From Basidiobolus meristosporus CBS 931.73 (taxonomy: Eukaryota > Fungi > Basidiobolomycota): a stretch of DNA of 64,000 bases. The first letter of the stretch is position 1. Each line of letters opens with the position of its first letter. Below, one piece after another: positions 25,468 to 37,319 of the stretch. Both the position numbers and the translations under genes were made by a program. The stretch lies in the NCBI GenBank assembly GCA_002104905.1, contig MCFE01000503.1, positions 1-64,000 of the forward strand, given 5' to 3'. A model generated the notes under the pieces. It was not told the DNA's origin. It saw only the letters and a list, made by a program, of their open reading frames with translations, and searched no databases.

Positions 25468-25996
25468 TGTCATGATCACATGACAGCCATGAACACCCAT
25501 GACAAGTTTTAGCTTCCTAGCTCAATTTCTAAGAGATCCTTTCTGGAACCTTCTACCACCTTCCAGAAAGTTCCTGACCATTCCAAACCATTGTTACACA
25601 ATGGAACACTCCGTGGAAGGTTCCCATTGTATTTTTCATAGTCCAGCACCATATATGGAAATTCCAGGTCACATGACTTAGTCACATGATCAGGTGGCCC
25701 AATCCATTTCCCCATCCTGTCTCAGTACCTTACCATCTATATTACTATGCCCAGTACTGCTGATGTGCCTTACCCCATAACCCCATTAGTATTAGCTAAT
25801 ATCTCTTGGCATCAGTATAGCCAAAAAGTATATATAGTCCTATCTCCCCTTAAGTATTCCTCATTCTGATAAGCACAGGTCTTGAATAAACAGCCTTGCC
25901 TTAGAGATCCACCTTGCCTTGTTGATCCACACCTAAGTCCTTTCTTGGTCCTGCTTTGCCTAGCTCTACTCTCCTGCCTTGTTTCTATTCATAACA
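25468..25996 (+). repeat. Solo LTR, family F (529 bp), in the G1 integrase
   Basis: TGTCATG...CATAACA ends. Perfect 5-bp TSD GTAGA (25463-25467, 25997-26001). Internal TATATATA and AATAAA. Confidence 0.85.
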
Positions 25997-27235
25997 GTAG
26001 AAGCCCAAGCCATTCAAAATAAAGATCAGAAGACAACTGCCCAACTCATTCTAGAACACCTCATCTGCTGGCATGAATATTATCAGATACTCCTGTCCAA
26101 CAATAGTGGCTCCTTTCTGAACAACACCATGGTCCATTTGTTCAAAATGATGGGCATGAAACAGGTCTTCATGGCCATGTATTACCCCCTGACCAATGGC
26201 TTAACCAAGAGGATGAACCAGAAGTGTTGCCACATACTAGAGAAGCTTCACTGGGAGCTTCCTCAGTCATAGGCCAAGCTGCTCCCACTGACACTCCTAG
26301 CAATGCACAGCAATGCTTACAATACCAAATAAAACAACAGGTTTCTCCCCATACAGAGTTCTGAATGGACAAAGGCCTAAGTGGCATGAAGTAGCTGGAT
26401 TGATAATGAAAGGTGTCCCCTTGACAACACATAACAACTATGTAGAAAGGTTGATACACTGTATTGCCCACCTATACATAAAAGTATTCAAAAATGTCAA
26501 CAAGCACCAGCCCCTCCACCCAACAATGAGAAACTAATGGGACAAAAGTGGAAACCAGGCAATAAGGTATGGTACAGCCAAACCTTTCCAGGCCTGAGGT
26601 TTTGCCCACAATTTGCACCCCAAAGGATTGGCCCTTGCACTTTTATTAGTTTGGACCACAGACCAAAGTACACCATCACCCTGAACAATAAGACAATCAG
26701 CAATGTAGCACCAGCCCATCTGAAACCGTTTCATGATGATCCACCAATCATCACTGAAACCAAAGTGTGATCAAACAATTATCAAGGCAAGGATGGAGGA
26801 AGACACAGGATACATATGAAGTTTAGTAGAGGTGATTTTAGTTGATATAGGTACAAATGATATGTGCAAGGAAGTTTGCCCAAAAGGGAGAACAAAAGAA
26901 TGCATATGGAAAGCACCAAAGGAAACAGTTCACCTGAAACTGGTGATACCCCTCCCACCAGTAAGAATCAATCAATCCAACTCTCCCAAGGAACCTACCC
27001 AAAACCCTATGGTTTGTCAATTGTTTGGCTCTGTGGAAAACATCCCTCAAGCAGTGCAAGCCACACCCCACTCTGCTGCCAAATGGTATCAGATACTTGC
27101 CTGCAACCTTCTTGCAAGTGACAACCAGCAATGCTACTATAGTGACTCCCCATGCTCCATAAACAGAATCAAACCTGGAGAAGCAAGTTAGTCAGAGAAC
27201 CTCAAGGGCAAAGCTCCCTTTCAACCACCAAGATA

Positions 27236-27612
27236 TGTGAGTACTAAATGTGGCACCCATTCTTTGCCCACAAGCTCTCTCCAGAGTCTTACCCAAGGTC
27301 CCCCAGTATCCTTCATATAATTCCCCCATATGTCCTCCCTCCCTTTCCTGCCCTTATCTACCTAAAACCCTTACTATAACAGGAAGGTGTTGACACCCCT
27401 ATTTTATAACACATTGTCTATTATCTAAGCCCCCCAAGTGATATATATATATATATCCAATTGAACCAAGTGAGTGAACAAGATTTTTGGATGGAATAAA
27501 CGCAAGTCTTTATTACTTTGCTACCTTCTAATGGAAGCTATTCTGAACCAAGTGCTGCTAACTTGGCCAACAAGCTCTCTCACTCACCAAGTACAGTCAG
27601 TAATAACCCACA
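27236..27612 (+). repeat. LTR family D, copy 2 (possibly the 3' LTR of G1)
   Basis: TGTGAGT...AACCCACA ends, homologous to 429-808. Contains an (AT)n tract at ~27442-27457 and AATAAA. No TSD or clear PPT. Confidence 0.55.
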
Positions 27613-27815
27613 CTGGTGCTTGGGTAATAATAATGTGTGTGAGTTATGGAGCAGATGCCCTGGATCTCACACATTCAACATTAATACCATCCATTGTGCC
27701 TGAAAAAACCTGCTATATTGCTGACAGCTGGGGTATCTCAAATGCAGATAATAATATGCACTTTGACATGACAGCCATTAACTGTTGTTCCACTGGAAAG
27801 CATATAAAGTTCTAA
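27613..27815 (-). mobile_element. CACTA transposase fragment
   Basis: Matches ~8590-8790. Confidence 0.65.
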
Positions 27816-27869
27816 TTGACAGATGCTCCACCACAGGCTATGTATTTCTTTATGCTGGTGCAGCTATTA

Positions 27870-28625
27870 CTTGAAATTGCAAGAAACAACTAACTGTGGC
27901 CCTATCTAAAACTGAAGCAGAATATATGGCTGCATGTCAAGCAACCAAGGAGGTTGTATGGCTACTAAAGTTATTCAAAGACTTAGGTTTTAATTCAGAA
28001 GAAGCAACATATATTTACAAGGATAATCAAAGCTGTATTTCATTAGCTAGAAATCCAACTAATCATGCCAGAACTAATCACATTGATATACAGCATCACT
28101 TTGTGAGGGAAGCTGTAGTAAATAACTTAGTAGTGTTAGTGTACTGCCTAACTAACAAAATGGTGGCAGATATATTGAGAAATCCTCTAGCTAGGCCACA
28201 ATATGAGAATCTCAGGTAGGAATTAGGATTAAGAAATTATTTAGTTGAGGGGGAGTGTTCAAGTATTGGACTATTTGGTATCATTCTGCAGCTAAAAACT
28301 TACTTGGCAATTCTGGACTATTCTTGGTCACTATGGGACTAGTTTACAGCTCTAACTTTGCCACTTTCTTCAGATCTATGATCATATGATTATTCCCCTA
28401 TAGTCAGGATCAAGTTAGCACTAATACTAACTATTATGTACTAACCCAGAAACGGTTACAGAATGCTCCTGAATATTGAGAAACCCTCCTTACTTAGTGT
28501 TACATCTGTATTACTTCTACAAAAGTATAAATACTGAGCTTCTTTATTAGTAAACAACAGTTCAACTATTATCACTATTTCTTGATAAGTCCCTTATATG
28601 CAAATCACTTCTTAAATTGCAACAA
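27870..28625 (+). mobile_element. 3' end of a second copia family: RNase H, PPT and LTR-E (~28256-28625)
   Basis: ALSKTEAEY...YKDNQSCI...HARTNHIDIQHHFVRE...ADIL (ORF 27896-28219). PPT TTGAGGGGGAG then TGTT. TATAAATA at ~28526. Probable end TTGCAACA at 28625. Confidence 0.75.
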
Positions 28626-29740
28626 ATACCTGGGACACATAGTTACTAGCACAGGAGTGACCTTAAACCCCCAGAAGGCTGAAGTCCCCAGAACCTGGAT
28701 CATTCCTTGGAATGGTTTCCTGTTATTGGATATTTGTCAAGTCCTTTGCAAGTGTTGCAGCCCCTTTAACTGATCTTCCCAAGAAAGCCAATACCCACAA
28801 GTGAAACATACCTTGTGGGACTGCCTTTCAGAATGCTCAAGAATGAACTTGCAAAGCTGCCAAGCTTAAGAATCCCAGGCTTCAGAAAAGAGTTTACTCT
28901 GTGCACAGATGCTTTGGATATCCCAATTAGTGGAGTATTGATCCAAGAACATGAGGTTAAGGACTGCCCATTTGCTTTTGAGTTAGAGAAACTGAACTCA
29001 GCAGAACAGAGCTATCTAGTGCATTAAAAGAAGATGCTTGTCATTATACACTGCTCAAAGACATGGAGATGCTACATTCAAGGAGTCAAGTGCACTGTGA
29101 TGACTGATCATGCCTCACTCAAGTATATATTTACTCAGAAGGTACTATCCTGAAGAATGACAAGATGGGGTGAATACATTCAGCAATTTCACTAGCAGAA
29201 TGTCTACTGCCCTGAGAAATACAACAGAGTTGCTGATGCCTTATCAAGATTAGAACAAGATGCACATCTCAACTTGGTACATGATCAGATTGGCCTAGCC
29301 TATTACTAAAGTGCTTGGAGGACCAAGCCATTCTTAATGAGGTGGATGAAGAGATCAAGAATATAATCTGGGATGAAGCCAGCATATTTGTAGTACAGGA
29401 TGAAACACTCTATCAAATTATTGATGGAAGCCCTAGTACCTATTGCCCTTATATCACTTGCCTGGATTCAATACATAATCTACACAATAGATATAGACAT
29501 CTTGGAATTGAAGGAACCTTTAGCCTTGTGAAAGCCAGAGCATGGTAGCCCCAAATGAAACAAGCCATCAAGAAGCTATTGAAAACATGCCTAAATTGCC
29601 AAATCAACCATGGCCAACCACAGAGAATTGCTGAACTATTTCCCTCAAAGCCTGTAAGACCATTGGAAATATGGGTAATTGAGTCTATTGAAAGACTGGT
29701 AAATACCAGGAAATGCAACCATTGGTTCCTAATAGCTTAG
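28626..29740 (+). mobile_element. Decayed Ty3/gypsy pol fragment, family G2 (RT end, RNase H, integrase zinc finger)
   Basis: YLGHIVT, FTLCTDA...GVLIQ, VMTDHASLKY, H..Y.HLG...W..MKQ...CLNCQ. Confidence 0.85.
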
Positions 29741-30179
29741 GTTTGATATAACTTTGCTATAATTTCTGGTGGTCTAAATATGGAAGTAGGTCAGTCCATA
29801 GGAGTGAAAGTATTGTATATACATGTATGTGTGGTGCCACAACCTTATTTGTAGTGCTTAATAAAGTGGGTATCATTAAGTGTTACCTTCATGTAAGTGC
29901 AAGATCTCAAATGCAAACTGTCTTAAATTTAGTTGACTATTGATAAAAAGTGATATGATAGTGGTACCTAGTTGAGTGTTGAGCTGTTTGTCCCATGGTC
30001 AAGACTACTCTGCTACAGCACTATAATAGAAGAGAAAATACGCTGTGACTATTGCAACAAACTTATCAGGCATGAAGTATACTGACAGCAAAGGAGGTAT
30101 CACAAGGATTGCAGCCAGTGATTTGCAGTATAATGATTATTTGAGTATTCATCAGGCCCTACTGAGCCAATAACATCTT

Positions 30180-30506
30180 ACTTGAACCACAGCTGTATTA
30201 TCACCAAGCCCATGCTGACAGTGCTTGCAGTTATCTTGACCTTGAAAGCTTCTGTAAATTGTCATCTGAAAGGGTGCTGATCCCAGTATATACTCTTGTT
30301 GAGATGCTAACTAAGATAGGGATTGTAGCTTTGTACTTTTCCCTTTACTAGCTTGGGGTGTATTCCACTTCACATTAGAGTAAAGACAAAACCCAGGTAT
30401 TCCTAGCAAGCTTTTGCCAGAGGCTGCTGTACCCAGTGAGCACCTCACACACAAGCACTTGAGAGGTGTCAGATGTATCTTTCTCTTGGACTTATACACC
30501 TCCAAA
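30180..30506 (+). repeat. Diverged partial LTR-B
   Basis: Aligns with ~33235-33563. Confidence 0.65.
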
Positions 30507-30589
30507 ACAGCATTAGTTGGTGCAAATTGCAGCTGCTTTCTCACACTTCTGTATTTTAGGCTTGGGTAGACTTTTTTCCCTGCACCTGT

Positions 30590-31050
30590 ACATTTTCACT
30601 GCCAGGTCTTTCACTGCTACTTCTACAAATTGCTTCTTGCATTATACTACATCTTCTGCTCAACTAATGCTGCATTAGTGCTCCACTTTCTGCCTACTAG
30701 TCAGCATTCCACTGGCTGTTTGATGTTTCTTGGCTGCTTGTTAAGGCTTTTGGCTTCATTTTGAATATACTCTTGAAAAGATACTGATTTGCAGCCATGG
30801 CAGCCTTGTACTTTGCCTTTGATAGTGACTAATACTCTCTATATACTTTCTTAGCACACCAATGTAGGCTGAAGAGCTATTAGCTTGTTTGAGCCCAAGA
30901 TAATGCTCCTAAAATAGATCAACGCATTCTGCTTGGCCTTCAAATCCTGCTGGGCTCATTGTCTGCTGGCCTTTAGGTAGTGGCAGGCCAGACTTGGTAT
31001 AGCCTTCTGAACATTAGCCCTGTCTTCATTGACCAGCTCAGTGGCTGCAC
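30590..31050 (-). pseudogene. Second copy of the ORF-X remnant
   Basis: Homologous to 10850-11490 with an internal deletion. Confidence 0.4.
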
Positions 31051-31070
31051 AGACATTGAATGTCTTTTTT

Positions 31071-31999
31071 GGAATAAAGCCACAAGCTTGGCAAGGGAAA
31101 ACTATTGAGCTACAATCCCCAACTCAGTTGGTGTCTTAACAAAAGTATGTGCTGGGTTCAGCATCCTTTGAGATAACATTGTACTAAAGCATCCAAAGTC
31201 ACAACAACTGTAAACTCCACCAACAGGGACTTGATAAGAATGCAGCTGTGGTCAATAGTTACAAAGACAGAAAAGTATCTTTGCCTGTACAAGAACAAAC
31301 TTGGGAAAGAATCAAATATAATAAAATATACCTACTCTGAGTATTCCTCACAAGTAGTGCTTCCAAGGTCAGTTGGCTATCAGCATGGTATCCTGGGAGT
31401 TTCCTGTGGTCTGGGGTTGGAAGTTCTGGTAGCAGCAGGTAGCAGTGATCACACTAATCAACAAGTTGGTATATTGATAAAAGGGATGATGATTTATTGT
31501 TGAATAATAGCCTCCCTGATATACTTTTCTCACTGGCTAAGTGATTACTAAGCATGGTATTCCAGAAGGTTCCAGAAATCAATAGAAATCTTAATGATAT
31601 CAGAACAGCCTAAGAATGTTCTACATAGGTGCAGGAAGGTTTTAAGAGGCACAGCACATCCAACCAATCAGGAATCAGTATTCTGAAACCTGTGTAACAT
31701 AGGGATACCATATAAGGTATGGAAGTGGTAGGGATGGTGACACGGATTGCTCATGTGTCACTGGTACTGGCACAGGTACTTGCCTAATATAGAAGCACAT
31801 ATTGCTAGTAATCTTTCATAAAGTGAGGGGTAACTTATACAATAAGGTAAGCAGGTATGATACTCAACTGGCTTATGGGATAGTACTAAATGGGCAAGAC
31901 AAATGGGATAAAACTAAATAAGTGTAGTAGAGGTGTAGTGAAGTAGAAGATACGGGAATGAGCACACCTGTCAGTGGGTGTTACAGTCACCCCACTACA
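31071..31999 (-). repeat. LTR-B lacking ~140 bp at one end
   Basis: Aligns with 23650-24581 and ends CCCCACTACA. Confidence 0.85.
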
Positions 32000-32491
32000 G
32001 CAGTAATAATGTAATGATGGTCATTTGCTGGTCTTCCACCACTGCTACTGTATATTGTGCATCAACATTGAAAACCTAGCCTATTTTACTCCGTTAGAAA
32101 ATAGACTTGTTTTGTTGGATAGTGCCACATTGAGCATGAGTGCTAAAAGATGCCGTGGTGTGCCAGGGAGGCCAAGTGCAACTATACTTGGTCACAGAGT
32201 GTGAAACCTAGCTCTGCATCTTCATGCAAAGCAACCCTTGTGTTTCACCCATTGTACAGGAGAAAATCCATTTATGACCCTATTTTTTGGATCAATGTTG
32301 TTCATGATAGACTTGTTCCATGCTATTGTGCCAGGGCATGCGGTGCAATCCATGGTCTCTAAGAACAATTGGGTGCAATATTGTAGCTACCAATAGTCAG
32401 GATTGCTCTTGGACAATTTTGCACCATGTGGGACAATCTTGCACACTATGGCACAATCTGACACAACAAGGTTGGCACAAATGAACAGCAC

Positions 32492-33563
32492 CGTAGTGGG
32501 GTCACAGAGACACCCACTGACAGATGTGTTCATTCCTATATTTTTTACTTCACTATTTCTCTACTACATTTATTTTAGTTTTATCCCATTTATCTTACTT
32601 GATCAGTACTATTCAATAAGCTGGCTGACTATCACAGCTGCTTACCTTATTGCATGAGTTATCCCTCACTTGATGTAAGATTACTAGCTGTAAGTGCTTC
32701 TATATTAGGCAAATACCTACACCAGTACCCATGACACATGACCATTCTATGTTGCCACCTCTGCCATTTTTCATACCATATATGGTATCCCTATGTTGCA
32801 CAGGTTTCATAATACTGACTCCTGATTGGTTGGATGTGCTGTGCCTCTAGGAACCTTCTGACACATACTTGGAACATTCTTAGGTCATTCTAATGTCATT
32901 ACAATTTCTATTGATATCCAGAACCTTCTGGAACACCATGATTAGTAATCACTTAGCCAGTGAGAAAAGTATATCAGGGAGGCTATTCTTCAACAATAAA
33001 TCATCATCCCTTTTGTCAATATACCAACTTGTTGATTAGTGTGATTACTGCTACCTGCTGCAACCTGAACTTCCAACCCCAGACCACAGGACACTCCCAG
33101 GAAACCGCACTGACAGCCAACTGACCTTGGAGGCACTACTTGTGAGGAATACTCAGAGTAGGTATCTTTTATTATATTTGATTCTTTCCCAAGTTTGTTC
33201 TTGTACAGGCAAAGATACTTTTCTGTCTTTGTAACTATTGACCGCAGCTGCATTCTCATCAAGTCCCTGTTGGTGGAGTTTACAGTAGTTGTGACTTTGA
33301 AAGCTTTAGTACATTGCTATCTCAAAGGGTGCTGAACCCAGCACATACTTTTGTTAGGATGCCAACTAAGTTGGGCATTGTAGCTCAATAGTTTTCCCTT
33401 GACAAGCTTGTGGCTTTATTCCCCATCACATTAGATTAGAGACAAAACCTAAGTATTCCTAGCAAGCTTTTGCCAGAGGTTTTTGCACCCAGTGAACACC
33501 CCACACACAAAACACTTGAGAAGTGTTGGACATTTCTCTCCTTTGGACCTATACACCACCACA
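32492..33563 (+). repeat. Solo LTR-B (1,072 bp), inverted relative to the other full copies
   Basis: Same length as 23510-24581. TSD GCAC (32488-32491, 33564-33567). Confidence 0.9.
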
Positions 33564-34403
33564 GCACCAACTTGTAATGTTTGCATCATATGCACAATTG
33601 GATAGTGTTATTATGGTAGGTAAAATCTGGTATTTGGATTTGTGTCTTTAATGTAAATGGAAATCAATGTTTATCACGCTATAAACTACACTCACACTAG
33701 CCATTTTGGTTACCATCACTCCATTGAATGGTATCTCAATGGTTAATTGGTCCAAAAGTATACCAAAGCTGTCAGCCCCTAATTGGCTTTTTGACCAATA
33801 CACAAGCTACCTGATTTGCCATCAAGTATCCCATTTGCCCATTAGCAAGTAAATCTCTGATCCTGGTGATTGGACAAGTTGTCATAGCTAGCATGCAACC
33901 AATTGTATTGGTGCAAATCAGATCAAATGGCTGCACTGGTGCCACAGATGATGTATACAAATGCAGGGTGTTTACTTATAGGGGTCCTGTCTAAAGTGTG
34001 AGACAACCTTGATATTACTTACATCAAAAATTGATTGATCACTGATTTGCAATGGCTCAATGCAGATTGCAAAAAAAATGTGTTATTGGAATCATGACAA
34101 ATAATATCAATTCAATGCAATTGCATCAACTTCTCCTAGGCTTTTTTCTCACAGTGATTCACTTTGCACACCTAAACTACTTTGTTGTTGACTATCCTCT
34201 TAGCTACTTGTCTATTTGTAGTCAGTATTTTGCCTCCTAGTTGATGAGTGCAATGCTGCTGCTTACCCACACTTAACTGCTCTGGATGATGCTACTGAGC
34301 CAGCCTGCAGTGCTATGTGCTGATGCATTCTTTTAATTGCCTATGGCTCTGGTGGTGGAGGCACTTCATGTGGGTCATCATCAGTCAGTTCACCAGAAGA
34401 AAC

Positions 34404-34970
34404 TTACTGATGGTAAGGTATAATGGCACACACAGATGCAACTTGATGTGCTGGCATGGCCATTGGCTGAGTTTGATGTAATGCCACTTGTTGACACAAC
34501 TTAGCCTGCTCCAATGGACTTGTGTCTTTGTGAGCAGTTTGGCAAGTTCTGGTTGTTTTGCTCTGAAGCGCATGTGTTGACCTGACATGCATTGACTTGA
34601 TGCAGGGCACTCTTGTGAAGGGTGTTGGCGTAGTTTGGACTGATGTACGCCGGTGCGCTGAAGTTGCAAGGGATGGTAAGGTATCTGGCAAGGCATGCTG
34701 GCGCAATCTAGATGCTGTTGCTTGTGGTCTGTATTCTTCCTCTTGAAGCTCACCTTCTGATCTCTCAAGGTATTCACTTACCTTCTGTCTGATACTTTGG
34801 AACTGTTGCCTGAATGGGTCCTGTGTATGCTGCCCTTGGAAGCCACTTAGCTCTGCTAATATAGCATGTAATACATTGGTCATTTGAGGTAAAAACTCAT
34901 TCAAAATCTCTTTGGTTTGCAAAGTTGAGGCACAATCCAACATGTCTGGCCTGTACTGAGTAAGCTGCAT
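34404..34970 (-). other. Unrecognised 188-codon open frame, probably TE-derived
   Basis: Helical-looking N-terminal part followed by a low-complexity S/T/Q/H/A part. The frame continues upstream through two stops. No family recognised. Confidence 0.25.
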
Positions 34971-35029
34971 GCAAAATTATTACCACATGGTTTCCTCATC
35001 AAATCCCCTCACTCTCAGCTCATTCTTGA

Positions 35030-37300
35030 TTTCAGCACTTGTCTTGTTATATATCTTCCTACAACATCTGCTGGCATCTTGATGTAGAACTCATGCCACA
35101 GCTTTCTACCCAGGTTCTTCCATCTCTGCTGACAGGTCCTATGGTGCAGATGTGTAGGGAGATAGAAAGACAAGTCAAGTTACAGGTATTACTATATCCC
35201 AGTCTCATCTATAATATAACCTTCAAGTCTGTCATGAATTTAATAAGTTGGCACATGGTGGACAGCCAGAAAGAGTTGGAAAATACTGAGGACAAATGTG
35301 CACTAGTAAACACTTATGCCTTTAGCATTCAGAAGCTAAGCTGCCCCAATGAGAGGGTAATCAGTTAGGAAGTGAATGGTTGGGTTGGACACAACAAGTA
35401 ACTAAGCTTTATTAAGACAACTTTACCATAGTATGCCAGGCTTCTCCTGATTACAAGCCAATTTCTGCACCTGTCAATATGGAATTCATACAAACAAGTG
35501 CCAGAGTGCATCTATATGGAGGACTAGAATTCAGTAAGAAGAAAAAATATATTGGCCAAGTACCAAAATGTTTGTAGCAGATATTTAAGATCTAGTCATG
35601 GCAGAAGAGGTGGCAACCAAGCATTTGTTCATAGGAAGTATATGTTACCAACTATGCAAGGTACAAGACACTTTTGCAAGTATCACACTGAAAGGCTGAA
35701 AAGTTGAGGTGATAGAAGTGTGTCAATTGCAGCAAAGGTGCATATATGTAGAGCTTAGTCAGCATGAGGCCATATTTCTTTGCTTCAAGCTATATGTGGG
35801 ATAGCTATTACAGTTGGGCAATGCAAATATCAAAGGGTGATTTTACAGTGGAATACATGAATGGTGCAAGGGGAGGTAGAAGAAGAAACACCATTTGGAA
35901 CATTGCTATAGTAGCATTACACAGGACTAGTTATAGGCTATTGTACTGTCTGATAATGCTAACAGAGGGCTACAACTAGGCCATCAAAACTCTGTCAAGT
36001 TTCTTGCTCTGTATAGCAATTGCTTGGACTGGCTTTAAGTGCCATCAAAAGCTGATTCAAACTCAGTGGTGGTGTATAGGTCCAAGGGAGAGATACGTTC
36101 AACACTTCTCAAGTGTTTTGTGTGTGAGCTGTTCACTGGGTGCAATAACCTCTGGCAAAAGCTTGCAAGGAATACTTAGGTTCTGTCTCTAATCTAGTGT
36201 GATGGGGAATAAAGCCACAAGCTTGTCAAGCAAAAACTATTGAGCTACAATCCCCAACTTAGTTGGCGTCTTAACAAAAGTATGTGCTGGGTTCAGCGTC
36301 CTTTGAGATGACAATGAACTAAAGCTTCCAAAGTCAAAACAACTGTAAGCTCCACCAGCAGGAACTTGATAAGAATGCAGCTGTGGTCACTAGTTACAAA
36401 GACAGAAAAGTATCTTTGCCTGTACAAGAACAAACTTGGGAAAGAATCAAATATAACAAAAGATACCTACTCTGAGTATTCCTCACAAGTAGTGCCTCCA
36501 AGGTCAGTTGGCTGTTAGCACGGTTCCTGGGAGTGTCCTGTGGTCTAGGATTGGAAGTTCAGGTAGCAGCAGGTAGCAGTGATCACACTAATCAACAAGT
36601 TGGTATATTGATAAAAGGGATGATGATTTATTGTTGAGGGATAGCTTCCCTTATATACTTTCTTACTGGCTAAGTGATTACTAATCACGGTGTTCCAGAA
36701 GGTTTTGGATATCAATAGAAATCTTAATGACCACAGAATGACCTAAGAATGTTCTAAGTAGGTGCCAGAAGGTTCTAAGAGGCACAGCACATCCAACCAA
36801 TCAGGAATCAGTATTCTGAAACCTGTGCAATATAGGAATACCATATAAGGTATGGAAATGGTAGGGATGGTGACACGGGTTGATCATGTGTCACGGGTAC
36901 TGGCATGGGTACTTGCCTAATATTGAAGCACTTATAGCTAGTAATCTTACATAAAGTGAGGGGTAACTTATACAATAAGGTAAGCAGGTATGATAGCCAA
37001 CTGGCTTATGGGATAGTACTGAATGGGCAAGACAAATGGGATAAAACTAAAATAAGTGTAGTAAAGATATAGTGAAGTAGTAAATAAGGGAATGAGCACA
37101 TTTGTCAGTGGGTGTCACTGTCACCCCACTACAATGCCATCAAATTTTTACCTTATTTTGCAGGAAAACCAGAAAACACGTCACAGTCCTGTCATATTAT
37201 TATGGAGAGGGTCAGTAATTCTAAGATGTCAGCATTGTAGCATCCTCATCTGGCAATCCTGATAGCTGACCTGGATGGAATCCACTCATGAATTCACATT
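35030..37300 (+). mobile_element. CACTA 3' region, interrupted by LTR-B
   Basis: 35030-36064 and 37134-37300 match the reverse complement of ~6790-7900. Confidence 0.7.
36065..37133 (-). repeat. LTR-B without TSD
   Basis: Aligns end to end with 23510-24581. The first base is altered and flanking CACTA sequence is missing on the left. Confidence 0.85.
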
Positions 37301-37319
37301 ACTTCTCATAAAAGTAGGA

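Larger units (their letters stand above)
22598..26770 (+). mobile_element. Decayed Ty3/gypsy pol (RT-RNase H-integrase), family G1, interrupted by two solo LTRs
   Basis: SSWASTVVKVPKKDG...CIDCQKLN...YPLPLID...YFSSLDL, HFGLCNAPATFQ, YLDN, FLGH (RT). RNase H remnant 24586-24960. Integrase core and C-terminal FAPQRIGP region to 26770. RT-RH-IN order is gypsy order. Confidence 0.9.

Noticed and set aside
26770-27235. Env-like or chromodomain ORF after the G1 integrase
   Set aside because: Short frames (ORFs 26832-27191, 26864-27121) have no signal peptide, transmembrane segment or chromodomain motif.
33772-33960. QPFDLICTNTIG as a gypsy integrase start
   Set aside because: A single weak motif; the flanking frames do not continue as integrase.
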